Shown: one piece after another, positions 42,139 through 55,099 of the stretch
Position numbering within the stretch: the first letter of the stretch is position 1
Layout: the number at the start of each line of letters is the position of its first letter
Assembly: GCA_043228905.1 (NCBI GenBank)
Contig: JBHGNT010000010.1
Span: forward strand, 19,468,001-19,532,000
Origin: Azolla caroliniana
Taxonomy: Eukaryota > Plantae > Polypodiophyta
Length of the DNA stretch: 64,000 bases
Direction of reading: 5' to 3'
Program-made: the position numbers and the translations under genes
Notes under the pieces: generated by a model
Database searches by the model: none
What the model saw: only the letters and a program-made list of their open reading frames with translations
What the model was told of the DNA's origin: nothing

Positions 42139-43639
42139 TTTCCCATCTGCACCAAGGAATTTTCAATTCATATTAGTCATTACATACCATTGTTGATATC
42201 CTCAAACAAATAGATCTTTGGGTTTAACTTTTTAATTTCTAACTAACTTTGTAAGTAAGATTGATGTCTCTTTATGAACTATGTATAAAGAATAAATGTT
42301 TAAAGGTTTGATCTTTGAAATTTTTGAATGCCACAACATAATAGATATTAATTTGTTGGTAGCATAATCTTACTAGTAAATTCCACGTTTAGATTACAGC
42401 ATATACCTGCATGCACATATATGTATATCTTACCCATGACAATGATTATATACCATCACATGATTATAACTGGCATCTCTGTATTAGGGATTATATTTCA
42501 TTGAATTTTGTTATTTTTATCCTCAGCTCCTCATAAGAAATTGGCAAGATTTTGTACTTGTGTGTATTAAGGGTCATGACTATCTGAATTGAAATTTCAG
42601 GTTTTTTGTGTGAATAAGAAGACTATCTGCTTATAATTGTTAGGTTTTGAAATCAGGTTTGATTTGGCTTCTTGACATGATCACAAAGGATCTCTCGGAA
42701 TTTTCCCGATGCCTAGTCATCGCGTCAGTTGGAAGGTCTTATTCTCTTGATCCATGTTATCATCAAAAACATATGATTGTGGAAAAGACAAAAGAAAACA
42801 CATTGATGCAACTATACTCTAATTTGAGGGAGACAAATGACATAAAAATTTCCATAGCTAAAGGTGTCGGTCTATGACGGAAAATTCTCATTCTTTGTGA
42901 GTATTTTTATCAAACCCAGTTTCTTGTCTTCTGACATGGATTCAAATTTTCCATTCAAATCAAGATCCAGTCTCCATAAAAAAGAAACGGGGATTTAGTG
43001 TAGTTTCACTTGCAATATGTAATTCTAAAGCTCCTTCAAAAACAAAATTGTGGAGACCTGGAAGAAAAATCTCCAAATTTAAGGTTTTGTGGATAATTCC
43101 CTTCAATATTTTCCAGAATAACAAATGGGGGTAACAATTTGGAAACCTGTTAATCCTACACTGCTTCAACTCGAATATATATATACATGCATACACACAC
43201 TACGTACATATAGATACAATTCATTTCTCAATCATCTGGTCTACAATTCATTTCCACATTTCCTTTCTAATCGTCTAAGGTTAGAATAAAAAGAAGGAAT
43301 TAGCTCAAGTGGAATAGGTGATGAATTACGAACTCAAAATAAATTATGAATCCATGGAAAAACTCAAAAATATCGGCACCTGTTTTTCGACACACGCGCG
43401 GACACCAAAACAGAGTTCTTCTTGTCTGTTTCTCCAAAAATGCGGTCTTTTTCTCTGCTAGCGAATCGATTCTCTGTCGAGATTCAATCACTGATCGTTC
43501 ACGAAATTCTCCCACAGAAGATGTGAATAATAATCCCTGCATACCCCTCCCTCAGTTTTCAAAATTCTCTCCATACCCCTTGAAAATTGAGAGGAGCAAA
43601 ATCCTATGATCTTGGCTAAGGTGCTTCACAATATGAAAT

Positions 43640-44038
43640 GGTTTTAAGAGATGGGGAGTAAAAGATCTATTGGAGCTCTTTCGGGTTATGCTATGGAAGT
43701 TATGTGATCATTGAGGACTAGAACACTAGAGCCACTACAGAGGAAACGGTTTACTAGATAAGGAGTAAAAGATCTATTGGAGGTCTCGGGTTATGCTATG
43801 GAAGTTATGTGATCATTGAGGATTAGATCACTAGAGGCATTAAAGATAAAACTGTTTAATAGAATGCGGACTAAAATATCTGTTTGAGCTGTTGGGCCTC
43901 GGGTTATGCTATGGAAGTTATGTGATCATTGAGGATATTAGATCATTAGAGGCATTGAAGATGAAACCATTTAAGAGATGGGGAATAAAAGATCTATTGG
44001 AGCTCTCTGGTGATGCTATGGAAGTTACGTGATCATCG
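43640..44038. repeat. ~108-bp tandem repeat, ~4 copies, upstream of ATG5
   Basis: gttatgctatggaagttatgtgatcattgagga at ~43685, 43790, 43902 and 44010. Confidence 0.9.
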
Positions 44039-44044
44039 CGGATA

Positions 44045-44345
44045 GGTCACAAGCGGCACTAAACATGAAGTGGCAAGTTGCTTACACAAGTCAAGTATTG
44101 AGGTGTGAGGTATGCAATGAAAACCTCATGGAGGATGAATATCACTCACTTATCGCATGCTCAACGTATATTGTAATTAATGAGAAATATGATAATTTGT
44201 TAGATGGGCGTGATAATGTTAAGTGTCATACTCAAATGTGCACCATGAAGGATGACCCACATATGTGCATGCATTGTTTTCACATAGATAGTTTATACTA
44301 CCTTGTAGTAAAATTGCCTTCTTAGGAAGGGGCCACATATAAGAT
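44045..44345 (+). mobile_element. LINE 3'-end remnant (same family as 53852-55022)
   Basis: CEVCNENLMEDEYHSLIACSTY zinc-knuckle-like motif; ccttcttaggaagg after the stop is shared with the other copy. Confidence 0.65.
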
Positions 44346-44564
44346 GATATTTTGGAACACGCAATTATAGAAAAAATATTGCAATGATACCACAACTTAG
44401 TGAAGCCATTTTCTAATTAAATAATGAAATTAGTATAATTTTCTTTCTTATTACTGTACATTAACTTACTATAATTCTTGTACTCATAATTACAAATTTA
44501 CATGGTTGACATAAATCATCTTAATGTGATAAAGGGGACTCCAATTTCCATGTTTGGTCAGTTA

Positions 44565-45265
44565 TGTTAGATATAATCAATGATCAGCCCCAAGTTGTAA
44601 ATCTATCCCCATATGTGCTCTTAGAGTGCACATTTTGTGATAGCGCCCCAAATGAGGAGCTGCTAGTATGCAACTTGACCATATGGGTCGATAAGGTGTT
44701 AATCTAGGAAATCGTAGATGTGTAGGACACAATAGATTTAGGAAAGAGAGAAATAGGTAATAGGATTGGCTAATCAAGTCAACTAGAATATTTTGTGGGC
44801 AAGTGACAATGTACTTAGCCTTGAAGTATGTGCCATTGACATCAAGATAAGTACTATCTAGCACTAGCTTGTATCTAGGGAGTTGGTTATATTAAAGGAC
44901 AAGTCAGTTGACAGAAAAGGAATATCTCCACTACTATCAACTGACATGCACATTTAATGTTACACTTAGATGAAACGGAGAATATAATCCACTCTCTTAC
45001 ATAGTGGTGGAATGATCATCAGTCCCCACTAATTTTGTAGTGAGCTGGTCCAGATCCCATCTAAACTCCAAGGTGTGAGCGCATGGGTGAACTACCATTG
45101 TGTCAAGCTACTCTCATATGTAATATAAGTTTTGTTTTCATATATCCATCTCCGTGGTTGTAACTCTATATACCTATCTAATAGATTCTCAATATTTCTA
45201 ACATGGTATTAGAGATGAGAGGTTGATCTAGATTAGGTATATACGGGTAGTTGCTGTCTAACAAC

Positions 45266-45308
<43 letters not shown>

Positions 45309-48300
45309 CAATGACCTTGTCCACGACTGTTGCAGCTGCTCCACTGCGCATTTGCCCACCTCCATTGTCTGATGGAAAGCTAGATGGAACCAACTACACT
45401 CTATGGAAGTTCAAAATGTCTGCCATTTTGAACTCCTATGAGTTGTTGGAGACAATCATGAGACCCACAGGAGGAGACCCTGAGCCCATGGTGACCTTTG
45501 ACCCTGCACACCCTACCACATCAATCCCTCCAAATGCTGATCTACTTCAAGCCTGGAAGAGAAGGAATGTTGACGCGTTGTGTACCATACTCACTAGTTT
45601 ATGTGACTATGTACTAACATTAGTGCAACATACAACCAGGGCACATGAAGCTTGGAGCATATTGGCTAGCCAGTATGAAACCAGAAACTATATAAGGATA
45701 CAAAACCTCAAAAATCAGCTTGCTGTAGAGAAGCTCGTTGATGGAGAGAAAGTAGAATCCATTGTAAAAAGGATTAAGGATCTTCAAGATCAACTGGCAG
45801 CTGTTGGAGTAGTTGTCTCTCCAGAGGATATGGCTCGTTGGTGCATTCGAGTACTTCCTTCCAAGTATGATGGCATTGTGACAACATTGAACACTCAAGT
45901 TCAACCCACTCCTTTAAAATTTGATGAACTAAGCACAATGTTGCTTGAAGAAGAGCTTCGGTTGAGGACAAGAGAAGGAAGGGAATATTCGGCATTTGTC
46001 TCTAGGACTAAGAGTAAAGGGGCATCCAATTCAAACAATGCGAATAGGATACCAAAGATAAAGAAGTTCAATGGATCTTGTTTCTACTGTGACAAGAAGG
46101 GTTACACAATCAAGGATTGTTGGAAGAAGATGGCGGATGAGAAGAATGGTTCTAGTAAGACTTCTTGGAGAGGACCTGAGTTTGCCAAAAATGTCGTAGA
46201 TGAGCTTGAGTTATGGGTCGCAATTGAAGAAGTGTGTTCTTCAGTTGACATTCAAGTTGTCGACGACTCTTGGATTCTCGATAGTGGAGCATCCCGACAT
46301 ATGACCAGTAATCGTGACTGGTACAACTCTTGGACACCTCTACAAGAGCCCATCAATGTTGTGGCCGGGAACAATGCCCGATGTTCAGCCAAAGGAACCG
46401 GAACCGTCTCCCTCAAAGCAACGACTAGCAGGACAAAGAATCTCTCTCAAGTGTTGTACGTGCCAGATCTCAAGAAGAATCTATTGTCCATTTCTGCACT
46501 GACCAACAAGGGTCTTGATGTTCGATTCAAGAAGTTGGGTGCAAAAATAACAGATTCAGTTGGCAAGGTTGTAGGAATATGGGTAAGGCGCAACAATCTC
46601 TATGAGCTGAGTGCGTTCACAATTTCTACTGACCACAACACAAGTACTAACACAAAACAATGTCATGAGAGATTTGGGCATCTCAATGTTGCTGTGTTGA
46701 AGGAGATGAAGAAGTCAAATATGGTAGTTGGGTTGCCAACCCTATCTGACTTGAGTCATGTTTGTGATGCTTGTATGATGGGCAAGCATCAAAGATCAAC
46801 CATTCCAAAAGAGAGTCAAAATCGGACAAAGACTCCTCTACAACTAATACACATTGACCTCTCTGGAAAAATGGTGACTCTTGCAATGGGTGGATCTCTC
46901 TACTATACGCCAGTAGTCGATGACTTCAGTAGAAAGATGTGGGTTTACTTCCTTCGGGAGAAGGCTGAAGCTTTTAAAATCTTCAAAAGATGGCATAAGT
47001 TTGTCGAGCGAGAGTCTGGAAAGTTAGTGAAGGAGTTATGCTCTGATCGAGGTGGAGAATTCTTATCAATAGAATTTTGTGAGTATTGCAAAGAGCGTGG
47101 AATTAAGCGCCAACTTACAACTGCCTACACCCCAAAACAAAATGGCGTTGTTGAACATTGAAACCGAACAGTTGTCGAGATGGCTAGGTGTATGTTGAAG
47201 GCATAAGCGTTGCCCGACCCATTCTGGGCTGAAGCAGTGAATACAGGAGTTTACATCCTCAATTGGAGCTACAAGAAGGCACTTCAAGGGAAAACACCCC
47301 AAGAAGCTTATTCAGGCAAGAAACCTTCAGTGTTGCACTTCAGAACCTTTGGGTGTACGTGTTACACACATGTTCCAGATGTGAGCAGAAAGAAGTTGGA
47401 TGCTAAAAGCAAGAAGTGTATCTTTCTCGGATATAGTGAAGAGTCAAAGGCCTATTGACTCTACGATCCAGAGGCAAGAAAGATATTGACAAGCCGCGAT
47501 GTGGTGTTCAATGAGGAACGACCACAGCTAGCTGAGAACAATGATTCTCAAGTTATCTCATCAACCGAAGAAGTATTCCCCCCAATCCCGACCCACTATC
47601 TAGAAAAGGAAGCTGAACCATCTGATGGTAATGGCTCGCTAGTTCAGCCTATGCCAGTGCCACATGTAAAGAAAATACCTAAGTGGGCTCAACAACTCTT
47701 CAATGACCGCACACCTAAAGTTGAGTTTCCTGAAACTTCAATTGATGGATTACGAAGATAAAGAAGAATACAAGAGCAAGGGAGAACCTCTGACCACATT
47801 GTCAACATGGCTCTGATGGTGGACATCATAGGCTCAGTGAGTGAGTTGACCTCAGTGGAGGAAGCCATGGCCGACCCGAAGTGGAAAGAGGTGATGATAT
47901 GAGAGTATGATAACATCATGAAAAATGACACGTGGGAGTTGATAGAGAGGCCAAAAAAGAGGAAGGTGATAGGCACCAAGTGGGTCTGGAAAGTAAAGTA
48001 TAAAGCTGATGGTTCTTTGGAGAAATTTAAGGCCAGGCTGGTAGCGCAAGGATACTCCCAAATTGAAGGGTTAAATGTACAAGAAACATTTGCCCCAATA
48101 GCTCGCATGACAACAATTCAAATGGTCATAACGTTGGCTACTTCAAGAGGATGGCCAATTTATCAAATGGATGTCAAATCGGCATTTCTGAATGGGTTTG
48201 AGATGCCGAATTCAGAAAACAAAGTTTGCAAGCTTAAGAAGGTGTTGTATGGTCTAAAGCAAGCACCAAGAGCTTGGAACAAGAGGATAGACAACTTCTT

Positions 48301-48556
48301 ACAATCAATCGACTTTAAGCAATGTGCTTCGAATGCAAGTATGTATGTCAAAATGAAGGACAGGAAACAAGTCATCATCATAATTTACGTGGATGATCTA
48401 GTACTTACTGGTGACCATGAAGAGTGTATTGGCCAAACACAAGAGTGTTTGAAAATTGAGCTACTCTCATATGTAATAGAAGTTTTGTTTTCACATATCC
48501 ATCTCTGTGGTTGTAACTCTATATACCTATCTAATCGATTCTCAATATTTCTAACA
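44565..48556 (+). mobile_element. Ty1/Copia LTR retrotransposon, decayed and internally deleted
   Basis: 5' LTR 44565-45203 (TGTTAGA...TCTAACA), PBS TGGTATTAGAG at 45204-45214 (iMet-like), gag, PR (ILDSGASRHM), IN (HERFGH, CDAC, SDRGGEF), RT (YVDDL), partial 3' LTR 48459-48556, TSD AGTTA on both sides. Confidence 0.95.
45311..48460 (+). pseudogene. Copia gag-pol pseudogene
   Basis: In-frame stops (e.g. TGA 47159-47161, TGA 47456-47458, TAA 47759-47761), zinc knuckle His replaced by Tyr, RT truncated, no RNase H. Confidence 0.9.
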
Positions 48557-48720
48557 AGTTATATATAGGTATTTCTAATATAAACAAGCATGTTTTCTGA
48601 ATTTATGATACATTAACCATATTTCGATGTTTTATTGTTTTCAAACATTACAACTGAGAGTTTTAACCATGCTAAACTAAAAAAGTGCAAGACATTCATT
48701 GCTTCTATACACTTGCCTTG

Positions 48721-49389
48721 TGTTGGGAGATAGGTCCCTCCGGATGGGAAGGGAGAAGAACAGTGCCTCGGCCGAGACCGGATGAGGAGTACCCGGCTAC
48801 GGAGGGCCGGATGGTGCAGACCCGGTATGAACTGGATGAGGAGTACCCGGCTACGGAGAGCCGGATGATGCAGACCCGGTGAAGACCGGATGAGGAGTAC
48901 TCGGCTACGGAGAACCGGATGAAGAGACATATTAGTAAATATGTTTTCTGATAGTCCAACGCGGCTACATTTGTAAATAGCCGAAAAGTCATATTAGCAT
49001 AAATATGACTTAGGGCAAACTTTTAGTAAGGGTTGTTACTGTTGTTGTTGTCATTCTTGTTGGTGCAAGAATAGAGAGTGTGTGTAACTGTACAGAGAGA
49101 GAGAGAGAGAGAAAGAGGTCGTTGCCTCTGTTGTAACCGCCGCCTGTGGCGAAGATCTGTGAGCACGAGGTTGGTGCCTCAGTGAACTCATGGTTGTACA
49201 TTCCATCATAGTGATAGTTTATAGCCTGTGGGCTGCCGTGGTTTTTTCCCCTAGTTTGGGGTTTTCCACGTAAACCTCCTGTGTACCTCGTCTCTTCGTT
49301 GTGTTGCGTTTTATTTCCTGTTTTCCGTGTATCATTCTAAGCTCGGTTGTGGCCGAGCGTTGCGCATAAGGAACGTTGGGTTCCCGTCA
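48721..49389 (+). mobile_element. Solo LTR, copy 1
   Basis: TGTTGGGA...TTCCCGTCA, TSD CCTTG, three ~54-bp internal repeats, GTGGTTTTTTCCC...GGGTTTTCCAC motif typical of Copia LTRs. Confidence 0.88.
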
Positions 49390-49713
49390 CCTTGTACTAA
49401 ATGTTTGACGTCCCTTTTAGAAGTTCCTCTCTAATCCTCATTTTGTTTTTCTAAAACATTGTTTTACACCTCTATTTCACCCACCACATTTTTTTTTCCC
49501 AAAAAAATTATTCTTCATTAGTAGAACTTCTGCATACATGACAAAATCATTAAGCTAAAAACATTACAATGGCTCTAGCCATGATGACCTATAACAAGTC
49601 ACAAAGAAGCAGAGTGAAAGACTAAAAAGAATGACATTGGTCTATAAGACCACATATAAACCTTGAGAAGGCCTCCACTTTAGCACGAATAAGCCTCTTT
49701 ATCACCTCTTTTC

Positions 49714-50499
49714 TGTTGGGAGACAGGTCCCTCCGGATGGGAAGGGAGAAGAACAGTGCCGATGAACAAACTCGGCCGAGGCCGAAACCGTATGAGGTGG
49801 ACCCGGCTACGGAGAGCCGGATGATGCAGACCCGGTATGAAGACCGGATGAGGAGTACCCGGCTACGAAGGGCCGGATGATGCAGACCCGGTGAAGACCG
49901 GATGAGTACCCGGCTACGGAGGGCCGGATGGTGCAGACCCGGTATGAACCGGATGAGGAGTACCCGACTACGGAGAGCCGGATGATGCAAACCCGGTGAA
50001 GACCGGATGAGGAGTACCCGGCTACGAAGAACCGGATGAAGAGACATATTCGTAAATATGTTTTTTGATAGTCCATCGAGGCTATATTTGTAAATAGCCG
50101 AAAAGTCATATTAGTATAAATATGACTTAGGGCAAACTAATATAGGTGTTTTTTTGTCATTTTCTTGTTGGTGCAAGAAGAAGAGAGAGTACGTAACGTT
50201 GTACACACACAGAGAGAGAGAAAGAGGTCGCTGCCTCTGTTGTAACCGCCGCCTGTGGCGAAGATCGTGAGTCCGAGGTCGTTGCCTCCGTGAACTCACT
50301 GTTTTGTACATTCTTACATAGTGACAGTTTGCAGCCTGTGGGCTGCCGTGGTTTTTCCCCTAGTTTGGGGTTTTCCACGTAAACGTCCTGTGTAATTTTT
50401 CCTCTTCTTTGTGTCGCGTCTTATTTCCCGTTTTCTGTGTATCATTCTAAGGTTGATTGTGGCCGAGCATTGCGCATAAGGAACGACCAGTTCCCGTCA
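49714..50499 (+). mobile_element. Solo LTR, copy 2 (same family)
   Basis: Same termini as copy 1, own TSD TTTTC, five ~54-bp internal repeats. Confidence 0.88.
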
Positions 50500-51015
50500 T
50501 TTTCCATTCACCTTTGCTTGAACATGTGGGACATTGTCCAACCAGAACCATTCTCTGCCATTTAACTTCTTTGCCACTACCATTGATTTATATTCCATGG
50601 GATCATATGCTGAAAATGTATGATGTTTTGGAGACATCCTGATGAGGCAGCCATAGAACAAATCAAACAGCCATAGAACACAACAAAACCCATAATGAAA
50701 GCCCATAATACAACCACCTCCTTCTTTCCGTTGAAAACAATTGGGTATTCATCATAGACTCAACTAGTTTCTCTTTGGCATCCCATCTGCTTTTCTTCAA
50801 TCTCCTACAGAAACTGGCTCAATCTCATACAAAATTAGACAGATTAAAATGGCTCAATCTCATACAGAATAACACTCAATTTTGTGCCCGTTCCTTGGCC
50901 TTTAACTTTCCCATGTGATGTGTCCTTTTCTACCACTTTGGCAGTAAAAATCCCCTCTTTCCAATCAAGCTGCTGAGGTAATCTCCTACTTCTTGGTTGT
51001 AGTCTTCTTCTAGCT

Positions 51016-51249
51016 CTGTAAACATCAGCTTAAACATTGCCAAAAAACCTGGTTTCTCTTAAGCCTGTCGATCTTCTCAGTCTTTATATACCTTTCTCTG
51101 CCTTTTTCCAATGCAAGATTCATAACCTGTCCAACCTCTTGGACCTGTAAACATCGGCTCAAACATTGCCAAAAAACCTGGTTTCTCTTCAGCCTGCCCA
51201 TCTTCTCAGTCTTTATATACCTTTCTCTACCTTTTTCCAATGCAAGATT
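51016..51249. repeat. ~130-bp period duplication
   Basis: ctgtaaacatc...aaacattgccaaaaaacctggtttctctt...ccaatgcaagatt occurs twice. Confidence 0.9.
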
Positions 51250-51317
51250 GAACCTGGTTTCGAATTGGGATTATATCTTGTTGGTAATCCTGTGTTAAGA
51301 ACAAAATCAGTCCAAAA

Positions 51318-53480
51318 GTTTCCTCACCCACTCCTGATAATTGGCTTCAACCCTCCCCACCATCTTCACTCATCCTTAACACAACAAATATTTCTTCATT
51401 TAGTCGACATCAACCATCTCACCGATTAACATGGTTCTAATGTCCACGCATATCCTGTATTAATCAACAAAAATTAGTCTAAACGTTTCCTCACCCACTC
51501 CTGATAATTGGCTTCGACCCTCCCCACCATCTTCACTCATCCTTAACACAGAAAAATTTCTTCGATCAGTCGACATCAGCCATCTTACCGATTAACATGG
51601 TGCCAGTGTCCACGCATATCCTGTATTAATCAACAAAAAATTAGTCTAAACGTTTCCTCACCCACTCGTGCTAGTCGGCTTCGACCTCCCCACAATCTTC
51701 ACTCATCCTTATCACAGAAAAATTTTCTTCGTTCAGTCCACATCAACCGTCTAGCCGATTAGCCTCATGCCAATGTCCATGAAAAAACCTCACCCACTCA
51801 TGATAGTCGGCTACGACACCCCCATCATCTTCACTCATCCTTATCACAGACAAAATTTCTTCATTCAGTCCACATCAACCATCAACATAGCAATGGAATT
51901 TTCTCAAGGTTTATATGTGCTCTGCTAGCAATGGTGTTATTGGCAACAATGTAGTTTTTTTGATAATATGTATTTGTGCAGAGGAAACAGTATTATGTAC
52001 TATTTGTATATTGCCTTTGGCTTTTTATTAATAATAATGGAGCATATTTTTATGGAAAAAGAAGAAGAATGACATTGGTCATCCTATATGTAATGAACGT
52101 CTAGGAAAACCCCTTTTGAGGATGATTCATCCTAACATTCTTCCATTGAACAGTCAACACCTACTAGTGTCTTTGAATTAGCTGAAATTTCTCAGCATTG
52201 TAGGCTAAAACTATTTTCAGCCACAACATTAGGCTCAATTTGAGCCAGTGAACGAAACACATTGATTTGTCACCTACAACATGCTTGGAAAATTTCTGTA
52301 CTTCAACACCTGCTTCAGCTGCTGCGTTTGTAGACACCAAACATTCCATGATGCCCATGGTGCTTTGAGTTAATGAATGAAACACATTGTTTTATCACCT
52401 ACAACATGCTTGGCAAATTTCTGTACTTTAACACCTGCTTCAGCTCCTGTATTTGTATACACCAAACATTCCATGATGCGCATGTCGTTTGGAATAAAAC
52501 GCGAAGGGCCGCCTTGGATAGCCCACAACTATCCTCTCCCATGTCGCAACCGACCATGTCCTTCATCTCCACGACCATCGAGAATATACTCGTATGAAAC
52601 CTCCATACCATCAACACTCCGCTTTATCACAACCTTCATGTTCTCACATCAACCATGTCGATGGTTACCACCTATAACAACAAAATGATATAGTGTTCTC
52701 ATCACCTCAAGAAAATCATGTACCTATAACAACAAAATGATATAGTGTTCTCATCACCTCAAGAAAATACGTTTCGACCTCCACACCATCTTCACTCATC
52801 GTTATCACAAAACAAAAATCTGCTTCATTCAATCTGCATCAACCATCTCGTAGATTACCACCAAGGTCTTGTACAAATAACACTAAAACGAGTCTAGAAT
52901 GTTTCCTTATCCCCTCATGATATGCTTCGGCCCCAACATCATCACTCATCCTAATAAAAAGCAGAAAATCTGCTTCGTTTAGTCCACATCAACCATCTCG
53001 CTCTTGCCGATTATCACCAAAAACATTTCACCTACACAAAGCAAAATGAGAATCCTCTCTACCTCTCGTCTGGCAATATGCTTCAATCACCACTGCCATC
53101 ATCACTCATCGTAATGAGAAACATAAAATCTTCTTCATTCAGTCCACGTCAACATCTCCCCAACCATCTTGCCATCTCGCCGATTACCACCAAAATCCTG
53201 TACTGGCAACAAAAAATGAGTCTAAAAAGGTTCCTCACCTTCTCATGATAATTTGCTTCAGCCCCCCCACCATCATCACTCATCCTGATCAAAAAACAAA
53301 AAATCAGCTTCCTAAAGTCCACATCAACCATTTCGCTATCACCGATTATCACCAACATCTTGTACTTGTGAAAACAACATGAGTGTACTCTCTACGTCTC
53401 CCTATGAAAATATGCTCAACCCCTATCAACATCGTCACTCATCCTTATCAAAACTAAAGCATATGCTTCATTGTTCGCAA
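51318..53480. repeat. ~167-bp repeat family, ~9 diverged copies in two blocks, with other short duplications between them
   Basis: gtttcctcacccactc at 51318, 51485 and 51652 (period 167); more diverged copies at 52780-53480; separate duplications at 52254-52478 and 52670-52768. Confidence 0.8.
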
Positions 53481-53851
53481 CAAACATCTTGGAGATTACC
53501 GTTAAAATCGTCTTACATCAAAAGACCCTTCCTATATACCACAATCGCCTCCTCCATCTTAAGTCATGATATTTGCACTAAGAACGGTGCCGGTGGTGGG
53601 AACAACCAACAAGGTGGTAAGTAGTTCCACATGACATTAACGCCTGCATCCAACATAATAGGAATAGATGACCAAACGCGTCGAAGTATCCTTCTAAGTT
53701 TTCTGATTAGTTGTGTTTCTAGAACCCTTATAACTATCATAATCACCTTTAATCGTATGTACCAATAAGTCCCAAAAAGACTTAACCTGTTCCACAACGT
53801 GAATTTTTTCATCATTGTATAACTTGGAACACCTAGCTTTCCAAAGAACCC

Positions 53852-55022
53852 ATTAGAATTAGAATTAGAATTTTTATCGTCCATAAAGAGGCTAATTTTG
53901 ACCTATGGGACTAGAGTATACATGTGTTCTTGATATATGTCTCCTTCCTAAGAAGGGGTATTCATACGTTGAAGCACAAAGTCTCTATGTGTTAGTAAAG
54001 CATACACATATGAGCTCAACCTTCTAGGTGGTGTCTTAAGTATGTCACTTAAGTTATCACTCCCTCTTAGTATGTCAGCATATCTTGAACGAATTGCACT
54101 ATATGTCAAGCATGTGAAGAGCAAGTAACATTCATCCTCTACCATGCCTTCATTTCATACTTTACATGTCTTCAAATTCGTTACATTTTGATACCATGAT
54201 GCAACTTCAATAAATAACTTGTGAGATCGAGTGCGAAGTAGTGTAAGGGCTCTACGAGCATTACTACTCATATTGGTAATGAGATAAGGCTAGATACGAT
54301 CAATAGACATTCTTGCTTTATATTGAGACCACCATTCAGGGTTGACATTTGCAATGTAGTATTCTAGCTTTGTCCTCTTAGCATCCTCCCACTTCATCCT
54401 TAATGATTCCACCAACCTTTCCTCAATCATTACATACTGCATAGCATTGCCTGAAAGCTCTAAAAGATAATCCACACCCCATCTTCTAAACCATTTCCTT
54501 ATGTCAAAAACCCAACTAGATGAGAGAATCTTACTTTTATGATTCTTTTGTAGCTTACATCCAACATTCCAAGCAAGATGTGGCAATCGATGATTCGGCA
54601 TATTCTTGACTTTTGTAATGTATTTATATACTCTTTGGAGTGCTAATAGTTCTATGGGTCAAACATCCGTTTCCAAGAGCATAACCTGGTAAGAGGTAGT
54701 TCATTTAACTCCTAATTGCCTCCTTAAAAACATCTTTTGAATTTTCTCAATCTTGTTCCATGCATTAAGAGAGATGGTGTCACCCCATACTTCTACTCCA
54801 TAAAGCAATACTTGAGTTACCATGGCATTGAACAACATTAGTTTTACTTCCCATTCACAAGTATCACTTTGGTTGCATTGGTTCTCCAAAAGGTAATATG
54901 ATTTCCAACCGGCTTGGAGTCTAGAATCAAAGCATGCACTCCATTTATTTGTGGCGGGTACATCAATACCAAGATATTTAAAGCTTTGAACAAATTGTAT
55001 ATGTTCACCTTTATATGAGGAG
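53852..55022 (-). mobile_element. 5'-truncated LINE (ORF2 C-terminal part) with (ATTCTA)3 tail
   Basis: SFKYLG, LLYGVEVWG, IQKMFLRRQLGVK and VEDECYLLFTC motifs across three stop-interrupted ORFs; short tandem-repeat 3' tail at 53852-53872. Confidence 0.85.
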
Positions 55023-55099
55023 ACAATCTGCCAAATGTAACTCCACGAGAAGAACTTGATTCCCTGCAAGGAACTTGAGATAGAGTATACCTCGTCTTA

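Noticed and set aside
48613-50109. ORFs with repeated PALRSRVLLI peptides
   Set aside because: They arise from the 54-bp LTR-internal repeat
48721-50499. Single TRIM/Cassandra element with two LTRs
   Set aside because: Each LTR has its own TSD, the outer flanks differ (CCTTG versus TTTTC), and the spacer has no PBS or PPT; no 5S-like domain was seen
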